Origin: Octopus vulgaris
Taxonomy: Eukaryota
NCBI GenBank assembly: GCA_951406725.2
Contig: OX597823.1
Location: forward strand, 33,232,001-33,296,000
Direction: 5' to 3'
DNA: 64,000 bases
In this document: piece after piece, positions 1-13,298 of the stretch
Numbering within the stretch: the first letter of the stretch is position 1
How the letters are laid out: each line of letters opens with the position of its first letter
Program-made: the position numbers and the translations under genes
The notes under the pieces: model-generated
What the model saw: the letters and a program-made list of their open reading frames with translations, nothing else
Told to the model about the DNA's origin: nothing
The model's database searches: none

Positions 1-171
1 AAGTGAGTTAAATCACGCTAAATCTACACTGTTAATGATGAAAAAGTTTACCTCAATAATAAACTCTGACCAAGAAAGGCAGGGGAGATGACCCCGAGAC
101 TTTAATTAAAATTTATTAAATATTAAACACAATTAGGGAGTTTAATCTGACGTTTAACAGCACTTAGACAA

Positions 172-212
172 CATCGAACATGTTTCAGGCTTATTGGTCG
201 TCATCAGTGATT
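172..212 (-). ncRNA. Degenerate minimal type I hammerhead ribozyme (Penelope-like pLTR relic)
   Basis: Minus strand reads ATCA-CTGATGA-CGACC aataa GCCT-GAAAC-AT-GTT-CGAT. Core intact; stems I and II carry mismatches; stem III palindrome ACATGT. Confidence 0.6.
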
Positions 213-1227
213 GTTACTTCAGACCTTAGAGTGGTCGGGTAGAAAAAAACAAGGTACTTGCAATTTGGTTGACGGTCTGTAGACATCTCTGAGACGAAGG
301 GCCAGTCCTGAAAACTAGATTCCTCTTCTCACAACCACATACCAAGCTAATCACGAGGGAAGATGGAGTATTTATGCGAATGAACAAACAATAAGTGATG
401 TGATAACTTTTGCTGACGCAGGACTTAGAGCTAAACTACTACCGCCGCCACCACTACCACCACCACAGCATCATCATCATCATCAGCCGCCGCGAGACAG
501 GCATAGTAGCAGCCAAGAATAACAGCAACAATGTGGGAATATGAAGGACATCGTCAACAATAGCAACTCTATAGCCACACAACAATCCCCACCACGTATG
601 AATGACGATTACAACAACATGAGTGGAAGATTTAATCAACGCTAGCATATGACTGGTACTTTGTTTTATCAATCTTAGAAAAATAAAAGGCTAAGATGAC
701 CTCGGTGGAATTTGAACCCAGAATGCAAAGGGAACTAAACACAGTAGGCGGTGGCGTTAGTGTTGTAGTAGTAGTAGTGGTTTCGGTGGTAGTGTTGGAG
801 GTTATGATAGTCATGGAGGTGACAGTGGCGGAGAAGAGGTGGCGTGATGACGATGGAGCAACTAATTTCTTATATATATAAAAAAAAAAGTGAGCAGGAA
901 ATGAGATCGTGTGGCTTGCATGCCTTTCACAGGAGAAGGTGAAGATGAAACCGAAAAAGTCCGAGGTTATTAAACAAAATGAAATAACTACAAGCTTGAA
1001 TCGAAATCTTGTCGCCTTGACTCATGTACAAGAGTTTTCACGTGGTCACTCGAACTGCTAGAAATAACAGCCAAATCCCTTTAATCAACACCCTATCGTT
1101 ATAAATATAAAAAGGAATCGTCTCAGATAAACAATGTCTGAATAGAAGACTGTATGGTCAAAATTGGTCTGTTTTTGATCGTAGATCTGAAAAATCAGGA
1201 CTGTCCTGGGCGAAACTACAGCTTATA

Positions 1228-1420
1228 TCTTTTGTTTCAGTCATTGGACTGCGGCCATGCTAAGGCACCTCTTGAAGGTTGTAGTCGGATAAATCGAATC
1301 TGGGACTAATGTTTAAGCTTGGTACTTTTTCTATTGGTCTCTTATGCCGGGGTCGTAAACAAACCAACACTGATTGTCAAGCGGTGGTGAGAACAAACAG
1401 AAACACAAAGACATACACAC
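1228..1420 (-). mobile_element. 3' part of a tRNA-derived SINE
   Basis: Block tcttttgtttcagtcattggactgcggccatgct...acaaacagaaacac recurs at 31184-31385 and 34850-35060. Confidence 0.7.
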
Positions 1421-2390
1421 ACATTGTTTATGTAGTCCAAGCTACACCATATCTGAATAAAAAGTGGGATGGCCATAGTTAGAATGTCCTTGGTAGAAAG
1501 TCTGCTAGAATTGGGCTGACCTGGGGCTAAATTTTCTCACAAATTTGTAACAAGGAAAGCAGACCACTGGATAAAAATCTCCAGGACACAGCCGGTAATT
1601 ATCAATTGAGAGGGAATAATTAGTAAGTCGATATTTGATGAATTGGTACAGGGAACAGAATAAATTAGAGTATTTTGTTCGGCACCCTTTTTAAATAAAA
1701 AGGTGGGGTCAGCGGACAAAACTACCGACATTAATGGAAACAGTTTGAGATGAGGAGGTAGTCATACTTTTGTCATTGACTGGCAGAATGTAGTTGGGAG
1801 TGAGGTAACGGGAGAGTTTGATCGCAAGCTGAAAAATAGCAGCCAAACTGCCTTCAATGAACACAACAATCTAAAGAATGAAAATAAAAAAGTGAAGTAT
1901 ATACTAGACTAGATATTGCAGTCCTAGATACACTTTGCCTGAAAATAAGAAAATATACAACAAGCTTTTGTTTATTCGCGTAGTAGAAAATATACAAGTG
2001 CTCAATATAACTATGTTGGAAGTCTGATATTAGAGAATGTTTGTGAGATAAACAGGAATAGTGTGGTAATGGTGATAGTGATGATGATAGCTGTAGTATA
2101 ATACCTGTTCACTGCCACTACCACCGTAATCACATTGATATTACCGCCACTATGTTGATACTATATCACCACCACCACTACCACACAGATTTACGGTCAC
2201 CAATACCGCCACCACTGTATTAATACCAACAGCCACTGCTATCACCACCATCCCTGATAGTACAACCATGACCATCATCCCTGATAGAACAGCCATTACC
2301 TCTGATATTATATATAGTCATCACAACCTCCACCACTGTCTCAGTTGTAGTATTCAGCTCTACTTCATCATAGGACAGTTTTATAAAACA

Positions 2391-2762
2391 CTAGCAGTAT
2401 CGCCCGGCGTTGCTCAGGTTTGTAAGGGAAATAACTATAAATCATTTTTAGAGAGTTATAGCCAAAAAATAGCAAAAAAATGGAAAAAAAATGATGGTAA
2501 ATTTTTTTTGAGAGTTAAAAAAGGTGGAGTTGCGTCTGTGGTTTGGGTTTCTGATTCTCGACCCCATGTCGAATTTATCGATTTTTTTCAGAACTGGAGG
2601 AACTTTTCAAAATTTTCGCTGCGTTAGTTTTGAATTATGACATTGGGCTATGTGTGTGTCAAGTTTCATCAGAATCGGTTGAAAGCCGTGGTCAGAGTGA
2701 GGGTACGAGAAAACAGACACACAGAAAACGCACAGACAAACTGCCGTTTATATAGAGAGAGA
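2391..2762 (-). mobile_element. Non-autonomous Helitron
   Basis: On the minus strand: 5' TC, 3' hairpin (cctgagcaacgccggg) then CTAG, inserted at A|T. The 3' end is shared with 33783-34295 and 38723-39235 but the interior differs. Confidence 0.85.
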
Positions 2763-3988
2763 TGTTCAGTAATATCTGTTGACTCAGCATGAGACATAAC
2801 ACATTGTAAGTGAATTATAAATAGCAGGAGATTGAGATCGAATTTTGTACTCGTCACCATAGAACAGAGGGAGACAATTACAGAGGGCGAGTTGCCATGG
2901 GTCTACGATTTTAAGGGAGCCTACCTCTCCTCCCCATAGTGAGAGATAAAGAGGGAGGTACCTTTTGGTAAAGAAGTACCTTGTTCTACTTGTTTTATTC
3001 TTTGTTGTTCTTAGTACCCCATGTACACTACATGTACTGGCATAATATACTCGTAAGCCAGAGATATATATCATATGTATTTAGCACCGATTACTAAAAT
3101 TCTTATCAAGCAGTTTGAAATAAGGTTTACTTTTTATAATTTAACCCGGGTCCTATTTCTTCTTGAAAGACAACCGAATTGCCACAGCAGTAACCATTTC
3201 CTAGGCACAAGAACAGCTGTTGTAGATGAGGAAATAAGTTGGTTGAAATATCCCTCTGTTTGTGACACTAATTTTATCGGCCCCGGTAGGAGAAACATAT
3301 ACCATTGGTGCAAGGTCAAATATATTTATAGGGGAAGGCTACTGTATTTATTGATCATGATATCGGACTACTCTACTTATTTCAACGATTACGGAAGAAT
3401 GAAAGGCACATCAAACATTTAGAATCTGTGACTGACTAATTTTAATAACACAAGAACATTTTGGACCGTCTTCACCAAAGCTCTACCGATTCTGCCCTAG
3501 CAAAAAAGAAAATTAACACCAACAATTCTTTCTTCTATAAGCACAAGGCCTGGAATTTTGTGGGAGGGGAACTTGTAGATAAAATTTACCCCAGTAATTG
3601 TCTGATATTTAATTTTCATCGACCCTTGCAGAATTTGAACTTAGAATGTGAAAAGCCGAAGAAATGCAGCTAACATTTTGTCCGACTTGCTAACGATTCT
3701 GCTAGCTTTGTTCTGTTTCTGGTTTAGGCACAAGGTCAGTGATTTCGAAGGGAGGACTTCAGTTGATACCATACCATAAACACCGAGAATATGAATATAT
3801 ATATATATATGTGTGTTACGCACACACACACACGTATATATAATTTACAACAGATTTCATCTGTCGCCCAGCATTATATCACCCTCAGAACCTCTAACAA
3901 GAGCCCATTCTGTGGCAACAATTCGGATAGCAGGTCTCTCTGGTTCGAGGATAACTCCTACTCACCGAAGACCTTGAAAATAAGAAAG

Positions 3989-4015
3989 TCAAGGGTGCTG
4001 CGCTTCCTTCTTTAA
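3989..4015 (-). CDS. Candidate last coding exon of minus-strand host gene (LKKEAQHP*); exon spans 3966-4015
   Basis: Acceptor tattttag| at 4016-4017; donor |gtgagt at 3960-3965; phase-0 continuation of exon 4976-5099; TGA at 3989-3991. Confidence 0.5.
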   Translation of the reverse strand, partial: LKKEAQHP

Positions 4016-4178
4016 CTAAAATATACATACATATATAAACACATACACACATACAATAACAAAGACAATATCTCTGTGGAGTGTAAATAAATCATCAATG
4101 TACATTATATACATGCATTTATATACACACACACACATATATACATACAGCCATATATACACGTGTATATTCATGCAT

Positions 4179-4223
<45 letters not shown>

Positions 4224-4534
4224 CACACACACACAATATGTGCATGCATACGTAATATATACACATAAATATGTGTGTATATAACATTTCGTTCATACGC
4301 CTGCACAATGTAAATATTGTGCTTGATAACGAGAGTTAATTAATTGTTAATTACCACATTAACATCGACGTGATTGTCAAATTACTTTATATATAACACT
4401 ATCCTATGCTAACGCGAAGCCACACGAGCAGAGGACAAGCCCATAACTTTCGAAGTAACGAAAGAAAGAAACGTAAAGAGAAACAAATATATTAGCTGTT
4501 AAAAAGTACAAATGTTAACTTCTTTCTATGAACA

Positions 4535-4646
4535 GGCGGTAGAGGAAGGGCGGAGATGTGGTGGCACATATGCCGTTCTCAAATATATTAGCAACATGAC
4601 TAATGTGAAACAGTTAAGGGAGCGGAGAAACCGAAACCGGTTCGCC
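4535..4646 (+). ncRNA. Hammerhead-like motif with altered 5' core and long stem II
   Basis: GGCG-GTAGAGGA-AGG...CC-GAAAC-CG-GTT-CGCC. Stem I is perfect, stem III palindrome ACCGGT, internal helices CCGTTCTC/GGGAGCGG and ATATTAG/CTAATGT. The 5' core is not canonical. Confidence 0.45.
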
Positions 4647-4975
4647 GAGTTTACTATGCTACGATGTCGACATCTGTCACAATAGGAAGAAAGAAAAACG
4701 AATAGAAATCGCGATATTAATATGTTAATATCAACATAATATACAGAGATAGGTTAACTAAATAGTCATAATGTATTGTAGCAAGATACGTACGTGTGTG
4801 TATGTGCATATACATACATTCATACATACATATACATTATATCTAGTGTACAAAGCCGCGAAGGCTAGTGATATTACTACTAATAATATATGCATAGCAA
4901 CAACTAGAAAGCCAACAAGTTGCAAACGAGGGGTAGAAATATCCGGGTGCAATGAGAGATGTTGTGGTACCATAC

Positions 4976-5099
4976 CATATGTCTAAGATGCTGGACATAT
5001 ATGCTGTTAAGTGCTCGCTGCATGGAAATGATATTTCGGTGTGAACGGGCGACGGCTTGTATCTTCTCCCAGACATCAGCTAACGACTTGTGGCAAGGT
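4976..5099 (-). CDS. Candidate internal coding exon (R)PCHKSLADVWEKIQAVARSHRNIISMQRALNSIYVQHLRHM, product unassigned
   Basis: Long pyrimidine tract ending ccacag|, donor ATG|gtatgg, 124 nt. Only one frame (phase 2 to phase 0) is open across the exon, and it matches the flanking candidate exons. Unique, non-repetitive sequence. Confidence 0.6.
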
Positions 5100-5162
5100 C
5101 TGTGGCAATAAGGGAGGAGCAAGAACTATGGGGAGGGGGTAGGTAGAAAGATAGGGGGATAT

Positions 5163-5204
<42 letters not shown>

Positions 5205-6157
5205 AAGAGAAGACGGAGGCAGTGGGTGAAAAAATAAACGTGATGAAATAGAAGCGGTAAGGAAGAAGCGAGGTAATAAGTTATATTGAAAGAGGTGCTG
5301 GAAGAGAGCGGATTATGATTATATATATACATATATATGAGAGAGAGAGAGAGTGAAAGAGAAAAGGGATAGATAAAAAGATAGACCGATAGAGTGATAA
5401 TCATATGAAAGAGAATGTTAGAGATAAGAAAGATGAGCCACAAAAAGAGAGAGAGAGAGAGCCGGAATATGTTCGTGTGTGTGTGTGTGTGTGACATTGT
5501 AGAAAAGAAAGAATGAAAGAGAAACAAAAGTAGAGAAGGAAGAATTACTGTAAAAGTGGTCTGACTGTTGGTAACAATTACACTACTGCTTACAGCTGGA
5601 CATATTAAATATTCACAACTTGCTTCACACAACATCTTTTAAATTATAGCGATTGTCTCCTAAGCTTTTTTTCCCCTTTCTTTTTTTATTCATTTATCAT
5701 AAATTACGATCAAAGTGTAAATATTTTGTCTTAGATTAAACAATATCATTTATGCTTTTTTAAAAATTATTTTATTTTATTCTATCCTATCTCTGTCAGA
5801 CTTTGAATGGATGGCAGGCAGTCAGGACAGTTTATATAACTGTGAACAGTTCTACCAAGATAGAAATGTTCTGAATAAAAATTAGCAATTTAGTCAGCTT
5901 TCAGTATGATTGTGTTTTATGACTGAATTAAATTTCAGACGCTTAAATACAAACTATATGTTTGGTTAACATTAGCATTATAAACAATGCAGTTAATGTT
6001 ACACATTCACTGCTAATATTAGATACATGTGATTTATTTAAATGTATATTTTACACCCCAATAGCATACAGTATGTCAGAAAATTGGGATGATCATTAGA
6101 AGGTAAATTTAAACATGGTTCAATAAAATATAGACTATAAATTTAAATGATAGAGAG

Positions 6158-6207
<50 letters not shown>

Positions 6208-7529
6208 TCATACACACACACACACACACATATATATCAGTCAGTTATACACGTCTGAAAAAAGCACACAAAAAACTTTTTTTGCATAAAACGTGTGTGT
6301 ATATATATATGTATATATACACATGTATACATACATCGGTATAATATCTATGTGTGTGTATATACATAATACATATATATACATACACACACACACACAC
6401 ATATATATATACATACATATATATATATAAACATACATATACAAACACACACATACATATACAAACACACACATACATATATATATATACATACATATAA
6501 ACACACATACACATATATATGCATGTATGTATTTATATATATATATATATATATATATTTCAATCCAATCCTTGAATTTCAAAAGAGTATTACTGGTACT
6601 TATTTTCACATTCTCAGAGAAATAAAAGGTTGAAGTCAAATCCCTGGGTTGATTTCAGTCTGGAATCGTGAGATGCTGAACTGAATTTCGTTATAACAAC
6701 TAATTTTTTTCTTTTTCAAATAAGTATATCAGATACATTTCTCTTTATGCGATGTTTACCAACAACAATATCGACGAAACATCCCGTTACGACAGAATAA
6801 AGGATTGCGATGTTGGTGATGAGGATGGTGAAATGGTTGGTTATCATACTATATGAAAAGAGATGAAATTTTCTTAAAACCTTTATTTCGGGTCCAATTC
6901 TAATTTAGCCAGACATAAAGGCAGGTGTCGCTGATTAAATATATTCTAGTAATATATTACGTTTAATTAAAGCAATTACAACGGCATAAAAAAAAAAATA
7001 TCGGTCTCCTACCTTAGTCAATTGATATATGTATGGGACTTTGACGAGATAACTTCTATTAGCAGGTGTGACAGGGCGTAATGACATAATTGGTCAAAGT
7101 TTCAATGCCGACAGGACATCATCTGATCTTTGATGTAATAAACCAGCAAAGACAGTGTGCAACAGCAGCGATTTTACATGTTAGATGCATATAATTATGT
7201 TGTATGTCTTACATCACCATCACAAGCAGCATCAACGTAACCACACACTTGTAGTAATTTGACAATGTTCCTACCTCCTACTTCGATGTTGTTATATGGA
7301 AAGACAAGCCAAGTAGATTTGTACAGAAATTACTGAGGTGGGTGGCAACAACTTCACACACATATACACTAGATATTTACTGAGTGTATATAAAATAATA
7401 AATAGCAAATAGCGTTTATGGATGTTTTGGAACAATGCCAAACAATGTACTAACACAAAACAACAATCTGTAAACTATCTCAAGGCTGTCACAAGCGTGC
7501 GTATGTATGTATACATGCATGTATTTGTA

Positions 7530-7568
<39 letters not shown>

Positions 7569-7781
7569 ATGCACAAATAGTGGAAGCAGCTAATTGTGAT
7601 GACTGGGATGCAGTTTTTAAGATAAAAATAACCGGCAAACATTATCCAGTGGGTGTAATAATACCCTAAACATGTTTAGGGCCACTAAAGCAGCTTCCAG
7701 CATATATGTATATGTATACAGATTATATATATGTATGTATATAAATATATTTAATATACATATGTGTGTGTATATATTAAA

Positions 7782-8049
7782 TCTATTATATAAAATCCGT
7801 TCTGACTGTCTGTGTGTCTTCTAGGATCTCGGGCATCCTCCATCCGATTGCGCTCAAATTTGATATGTAGATACCGACGGTATCAGGGCGTGTATAAGTC
7901 TTGAAAAAATTACAGAAATCGATTCCAGGTGAGAATGCGATCGATAAAGCCGTGGGAACGTGCATTTGTATGCGCAAGTACATCAGCTGTTGCGATCGAT
8001 ACTACGCGTACGCGAGAAAAATGCACGGTGTCTTAAATTTAGGTTAAAT
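7782..8049 (+). mobile_element. 5' fragment of a non-autonomous Helitron
   Basis: Begins A|TCTATTATATAAAATC like the Helitron 5' end at 38723; no CTAG 3' end, truncated at 8050. Confidence 0.55.
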
Positions 8050-8165
8050 CAGTGTTTCTCAAAGGGGAGGCCTATGGGACGGTCGGACAAGTTGTTTTGA
8101 GAAAATTTTGTTTAAATGTTTGACAACTCGGCACCATCCATTGGACGGGGGGGGCGTTTTGCTCG
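8050..8165 (+). mobile_element. hAT-like terminal fragment
   Basis: CAGTGTTTCTCAAAG terminus; a similar terminus in reverse orientation (ctttgagaaagactg) occurs near 34680-34691. Confidence 0.4.
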
Positions 8166-8372
8166 TATATATATATGCATATAAAATACTTAAGCATATA
8201 TGTGTTATATGTATATATGTAATACATATATGTATAAATGTGTGTGTGTATAGATATGGGGGGGGGGACAACTAATGGCACAGTTTCTATGAGGGTGACA
8301 CTAATTTACAACTACCATCATACAATGTCAAGATATGGAGGCAGATACACATACACGTGTGTGTGTGTATGT

Positions 8373-9806
8373 TATCATCATCATGCAACATCTGTTTTCC
8401 ATGCTGGTATAGGTTGGATGGTTTAACAGGAGCTGACCAGCTGAAGGGCTGTTCAGGCTTCATGTCTGTTTTAGCATGGTTTGTACGGCTGGATGCCCTT
8501 CCTAACACCAACCACTTTACAGAGTGTACTGGGTGCTTCTACACAGCTCTGGCACAGACGCTTTGTACATAGCACCAGCACCTTCGAGCCTGCAAGATTA
8601 GGGATGTTCAGCTGGAGAGGGTTGTAAGGGACAAGCCTGTATGCAAGGTCAACCATGCTTTTGCTTTGAATGACCAATGTTTTCAAGCAGAGTAAACCAC
8701 CAAGAATCTCAGTCCCCTGTCATCCCCTCTGTAAGTCCCAACATTTGTAGATCCTTTCTCACCACTTCGTTCCATGTCTTCCTGAGCCTACCCCTTCCAC
8801 ATGCTCCCTCTACAATTAGAGATCAGCACTTCTTGATGCAACTGTCTTCATTCATACACATTACATGACCCTACAAGCACAGTCTTCTCTCTTGCATATT
8901 ACATCAGATGCCCTCTATACCCAGTTTTTCTCTCAAGTCACTTACATCCTGTCGTATATGCACACTGACATTACCCATCCAGCAAAGCATAATGGTTTCA
9001 TTTCTTTCAAATCTTCACACATCTTCAGTAGTCACAGCCCATGTCTCACTGACATGTAGCATAGCTGTCTGTACACAGGCATCATACAAACTGCCTCTCA
9101 CTCTGAGGGAGACGCTCTTCATTACTAACAGATGTAGTAACTCTCTGAACTTCGCCCAGCCTATTCTTATTCTAGCAGCTGTGCTTTCAGAACCACCCCA
9201 CCCCTACTAACTTGGTCACTTAAGTAATGGAAACTGTCTGCTACTTCTGGGGATCCCTGCCTGGCATATGGAGGAGTCTATTTTTTGTACATTCCTGGTG
9301 TTTAATGTACCTGTACATCTGCCACATATAAAGACTAAATTCTCTGTTAGTCATCCAGTGATACTGTTGCACCTCCTGTGTGTCCATAGCTTGCACCAAG
9401 TACATCTTATGGAGTTTCTCCTTACACCTTTTCTATATATCGAGCAGGGTCTTCTCCCTGAAGGTATCTGCAATTTGTCTGTTTTCCTACTTATCAATAC
9501 TTTGGTCTTTACTAAATTAACTCTTAAGGTCCTCTGGTTCCAGACCTTGCTTCCATACCTAAAGTTTCTTCTCTAATTCTGGTAATGATTCAGCAATAAG
9601 AACAAGGTCATCAGCATAGAGGAGCTCCTAGGGGCAGCCAGTCTTAAATTCCTCGGTTACAGCTTGGAGGACCATGATAAATAAGAGGGGGCTAAGAACT
9701 GACCCCTGGTGGACACCTGCTTGAATGCTAAACTCCTTGCTATACTCAATGGCAACTCTCACCTTACTAACAGAATCCCTGTACATGGCTTGGATAGTTC
9801 TCACTA
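8373..9806 (-). mobile_element. 5'-truncated, decayed RTE LINE (family A)
   Basis: RT motifs GVHQGSVLSPLLFI and LYADD, Cys/His finger region, (CAT)n tail at the left end; homologous to 61578-63843. Confidence 0.9.
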
Positions 9807-10050
9807 TATAACACACACACACACACACACACACAACAAGCTTCTTTCAGTTTTCCTTTACCACTTCCATTTACAAGGCTTAATTGTCCTGAGACTATAG
9901 AACCCACTTGTGAAAGGTGCTACACAGTGGGACCTCACAGCCATGTCTATATGTATATAGTGAGAATTTACAAAACAAAAACAAACAAAAGACAAAGATG
10001 GATGTGTAAACAACAAACAGATGTATTTAACGCTCGGGAGGTGAGAAAGT

Positions 10051-10086
10051 CTTTTACGTTTCGAGCCTATGCTCTTCGACAGAAAG
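10051..10086 (-). ncRNA. Minimal type I hammerhead, U6 core variant, in a small repeat (9960-10150)
   Basis: CTTT-CTGTCGA-A-GAGC atag GCTC-GAAAC-GTA-AAAG; all stems perfect; second copy at 46543-46578. Confidence 0.7.
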
Positions 10087-10289
10087 GAACACAGAAATAA
10101 ACAGGAAGAGAAAATAGAAAAAGGTTTGGTGGCTAGCAATCTATCATGGTGAAAATATACACACACACATATATACATACATACATACATATTGTATAAA
10201 TATTCCATATAAATATATACTTATTATATATCTATATATGTAGAAAACAAAGCATGAAAGATTGTTTCTAAGATATTTAGTTACACCAT

Positions 10290-10550
10290 CTTAACACAAG
10301 GTGATAATTACAATATGCAAATTACATAATCAAGATTTGCAAAATCATCAGATTTTATGCGTAACATTATTGCATTGTCAAGATGACATTATGGAGATGG
10401 CTAGCAAGAGTTACTAACCTTCTGCATGATGGTAAATTTCTGTAATCTTTCCAATGCAATAATGTTATGTATAAAAGTTACATGTCTCTGATGATCTCAC
10501 AATGTCTTATATAATTTGCATTATGTAATTACCAATTACCTTATGTTAAT
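10290..10550. repeat. Imperfect foldback / MITE-like inverted repeat
   Basis: TAACATTATTGCATTG and CAATGCAATAATGTTA are a perfect 16-bp inverted pair with further degenerate pairing outward. Confidence 0.6.
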
Positions 10551-10589
10551 GAAATATATGTAAGATGACAAAACTAAACACCTTTTATG

Positions 10590-10875
10590 TAAAGATTGTT
10601 TGCCAACATAACATGGCAGTTCTGGTTTAGGACAAATGTTGCCAGAAGACATGATCTGTGTCCTGATATTTTTGAACAAAGGAATCTAGCACCCCCACTC
10701 AGCGATACACAGATATTGTTTTGAGCTTAGTGGGGGTGCTAGATTTCCTTGTTTGAAAACATAAGGACACAGATTGTGTCATATAGCCAGCTGGAGACGA
10801 TGTCTCCTGGGGATAAATTACAGCAACATTCGTCCAAAACCAGGACTGCCATGTTATGTTGGTAAACAATCTTTA
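10590..10875. mobile_element. Foldback MITE-like element
   Basis: Nested inverted arms (aaagattgtttgccaacataacatggcag... / ...ctgccatgttatgttggtaaacaatcttt); related partial copies at 26490-26640 and 33215-33410. Confidence 0.7.
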
Positions 10876-11061
10876 CTCCAAAATACTGTTGCTGAATATC
10901 TCTTGTGAAATTTAAAAATAATAATTTTCTAAACATCTTTTTATGTTTTATTTTATCTACAGATACTCTGTTTAACACTCAAACCTTGGTTTCATAACAA
11001 GGGATACAATTACAATGCATGAACGGAAATACACAAGAATTTCTAAATATTTTTCTGCACT

Positions 11062-11807
11062 GGATAAAAGGTTAACAGGGAAAATAATCTTTGTGTGTGG
11101 CAGTTGTACAGGAACAATAGACACAAGAAACGTAGAGAAAATAGACTCTGTCAAATGCCAGGTGGGATACTTAGAAGTGGTTGATAGCTTCCATTAACTG
11201 GATGACCAAGTCAGCAGTGGAGGTGGATGCTCTCAGAGCATGACTGCAAGAATAAGAATAGGTTGGGTAAAGTGCAGAGAGTATCTACCATTGTTGATAA
11301 GAAAGGGCCTCTCCTTCAGAGGGAAAGGCAGATTGTATGATGCCGGTGTGCAAACAATCATGTGCAAGAGAAGACTGCGCTGGTATGGTCATGTGATGTG
11401 TATGGACAAGGACAGCTGTGCAAAGTGGTGATCCCTAATTGTGGAGGGAACCTGTAAAAGAGGTAGATCCAAGAAGATATAGGAGGAGGTGATGAAGCAT
11501 GATCTTCAGATAGTGGGGGTGTCTAACGTAGGCGATGACAAACAATTGAGACCTTTGGCTGTTTGCTGTGCTTGAGAAGATTTCGCTGGCCAAGTGAAAT
11601 CATAGCTGTGGCTGGTGCCAGTGTCACGTAAGAGGTACCCACTACACCCTTGGGGTGGTTGGCATTTGGAAGGGCATCCAGCAGCAGGAATCAAGCCAAA
11701 ATCAAACTGGAGCTTGATACAGCTCTCCAGTTTACTAGTTCCAGTCAAAACCATCTAAGCCATGCTAGCATAGAAAACAGATGCTAAATGATGATGATGA
11801 TGATGAT
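11062..11807 (+). mobile_element. RTE LINE (family A) 3' fragment
   Basis: Translations KRLTGKIIFVCGSCTG, ARIRIGWVKCRE, RRLRWYGHVM; (ATG)n tail. Confidence 0.88.
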
Positions 11808-12693
11808 AATAAGTGTATGTATACACACACACCTTGATAAATGCTGAGCTTTGCCCCACCTCCATTCCCACTGCCCTGTCAAGCTTTTCCCCTAGATCTC
11901 ATTCCTTAACACACATCACTTCTGTTTCTGCTATTATTTGGCTACCATAATCACCTGTCATCAGAATAGGTGCATATAACATCTGCTCCCCACTTCCATT
12001 CCTTGTTATCTTCATTCATCCATGCTCCCTCCTCTCCATCCTTAACACCCCTCAAAAATCTAACATAACCTTCCCTCAGCCACTCCTGTATTTCCCACCA
12101 TCGATTACTATATTCACCTCTATCCCATCTGACCATCTCTCCTCACATTCTCATGAAAGTTTCCCCTCTTCCCTCTCTGCCCACTCACCCAGTCCAATCC
12201 TTCGCATCACTTCACCTATATTCATGCCCCACTCTACATCCATCACTACCTCTCTCTCACTCTCTTCATCTCTATATTCCTCATTAAGTCTCATTCTCTC
12301 CCTTCTTCTCCAACTTGGGTATCTTTGTATCTCTTTTACAGTAAGATACCTACCTCTATTCCTCTGTTAGCCTCTCATCAACTGGCACAATGCCACCTCC
12401 CTCAATATTACTCCCCACCCACCAACCCAAGTTGAAGGGACTTTGTCTCACAAGTTACTTGGTGACCCTATGGTGCTATGCCACATAAAAATCACCTGGT
12501 ACACTCTGTAAAATAGCTGGCATAAGGAAGAGCATCCAGCTATTGAAATCATGCCAAAATAGGCAATAGGGTTCAGTGCAGTCCTCATGCTTACCAGCTT
12601 TTGTCAAACTGTCCACCCCATGCCAGCATGGAAAATGGATGCTAAATGATGATGATAATGATGATGATGACACACGCAAACATATACATAGGT

Positions 12694-13290
12694 ATCATCA
12701 TCATCATCGTTTAATGTCCGCTTTCCATGCCGGCATGTGTTGGACGGTTTGACTGAGGACTGGCGAGCCAGAAGGCTGCACCAGGCTCAATCTAATCTGG
12801 CAAAGTTTCTACAGCTGGATGCTCTCCCTAATGCCAACCACTCTGAGAGTGTAGTGGGTGCTTTTACATGTTACCGGCATGGGAGCCAGTTAAGCAGTTC
12901 TGGCAATGACCACACTCAAAAGGTGTTTTTTATGTGCTACCTGTACAGGAGCCAGTCTGGCGGCACTGGCAATGACCATGCTTGAATGCTGTTTTTTATG
13001 TGCCGGTAAGGTAACAATGGCAATGATCACACTCAAATGGTGTTTTTTACATGCCACCAGCATGGGAGCCAATCCGTGGCCCTGGCAACAATCACACTTG
13101 GATGTGCTTTTAACGTTCCACCGGCACAAGTGCCAATCAGGCAGTACTGTCATCGGCCACGTCAGCGATTTTGATTTGATTTCACTTACCTCAATAGGTC
13201 TTTGCAAGTAAAGTTTATTGTCCAATGATTGAGGGGTACTCATAAGTGGGCTGGTTACACCCCATGTTCGGATGTGCTTTTAACGTTCCA
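12694..13290 (-). mobile_element. RTE family A 3' UTR fragment with internal ~55-60 bp tandem units
   Basis: Matches 63230-63843. Similar short 3' copies at 13937-14170, 15015-15418, 16020-16300, 25228-25790, 31401-31730 and 47050-47275. Confidence 0.85.
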
Positions 13291-13298
13291 TACACATA

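Noticed and set aside
3850-3960. HDV-like ribozyme suggested by GAATGGG and local hairpins
   Set aside because: A nested double pseudoknot could not be built; the neighbouring sequence is better explained as an exon and donor.
4843-5076. ORF MSGRRYKPSPVHTEISF... as the coding frame of the 5-kb exon
   Set aside because: Preceded by an in-exon TAG and closed immediately after splicing to the next exon; the alternative frame is open across three exons.
7090-7132. Minus-strand CAGATGA-TGTC..GGCA-TT-GAAAC-TTT hammerhead-like string
   Set aside because: Two core defects and no convincing stem I.
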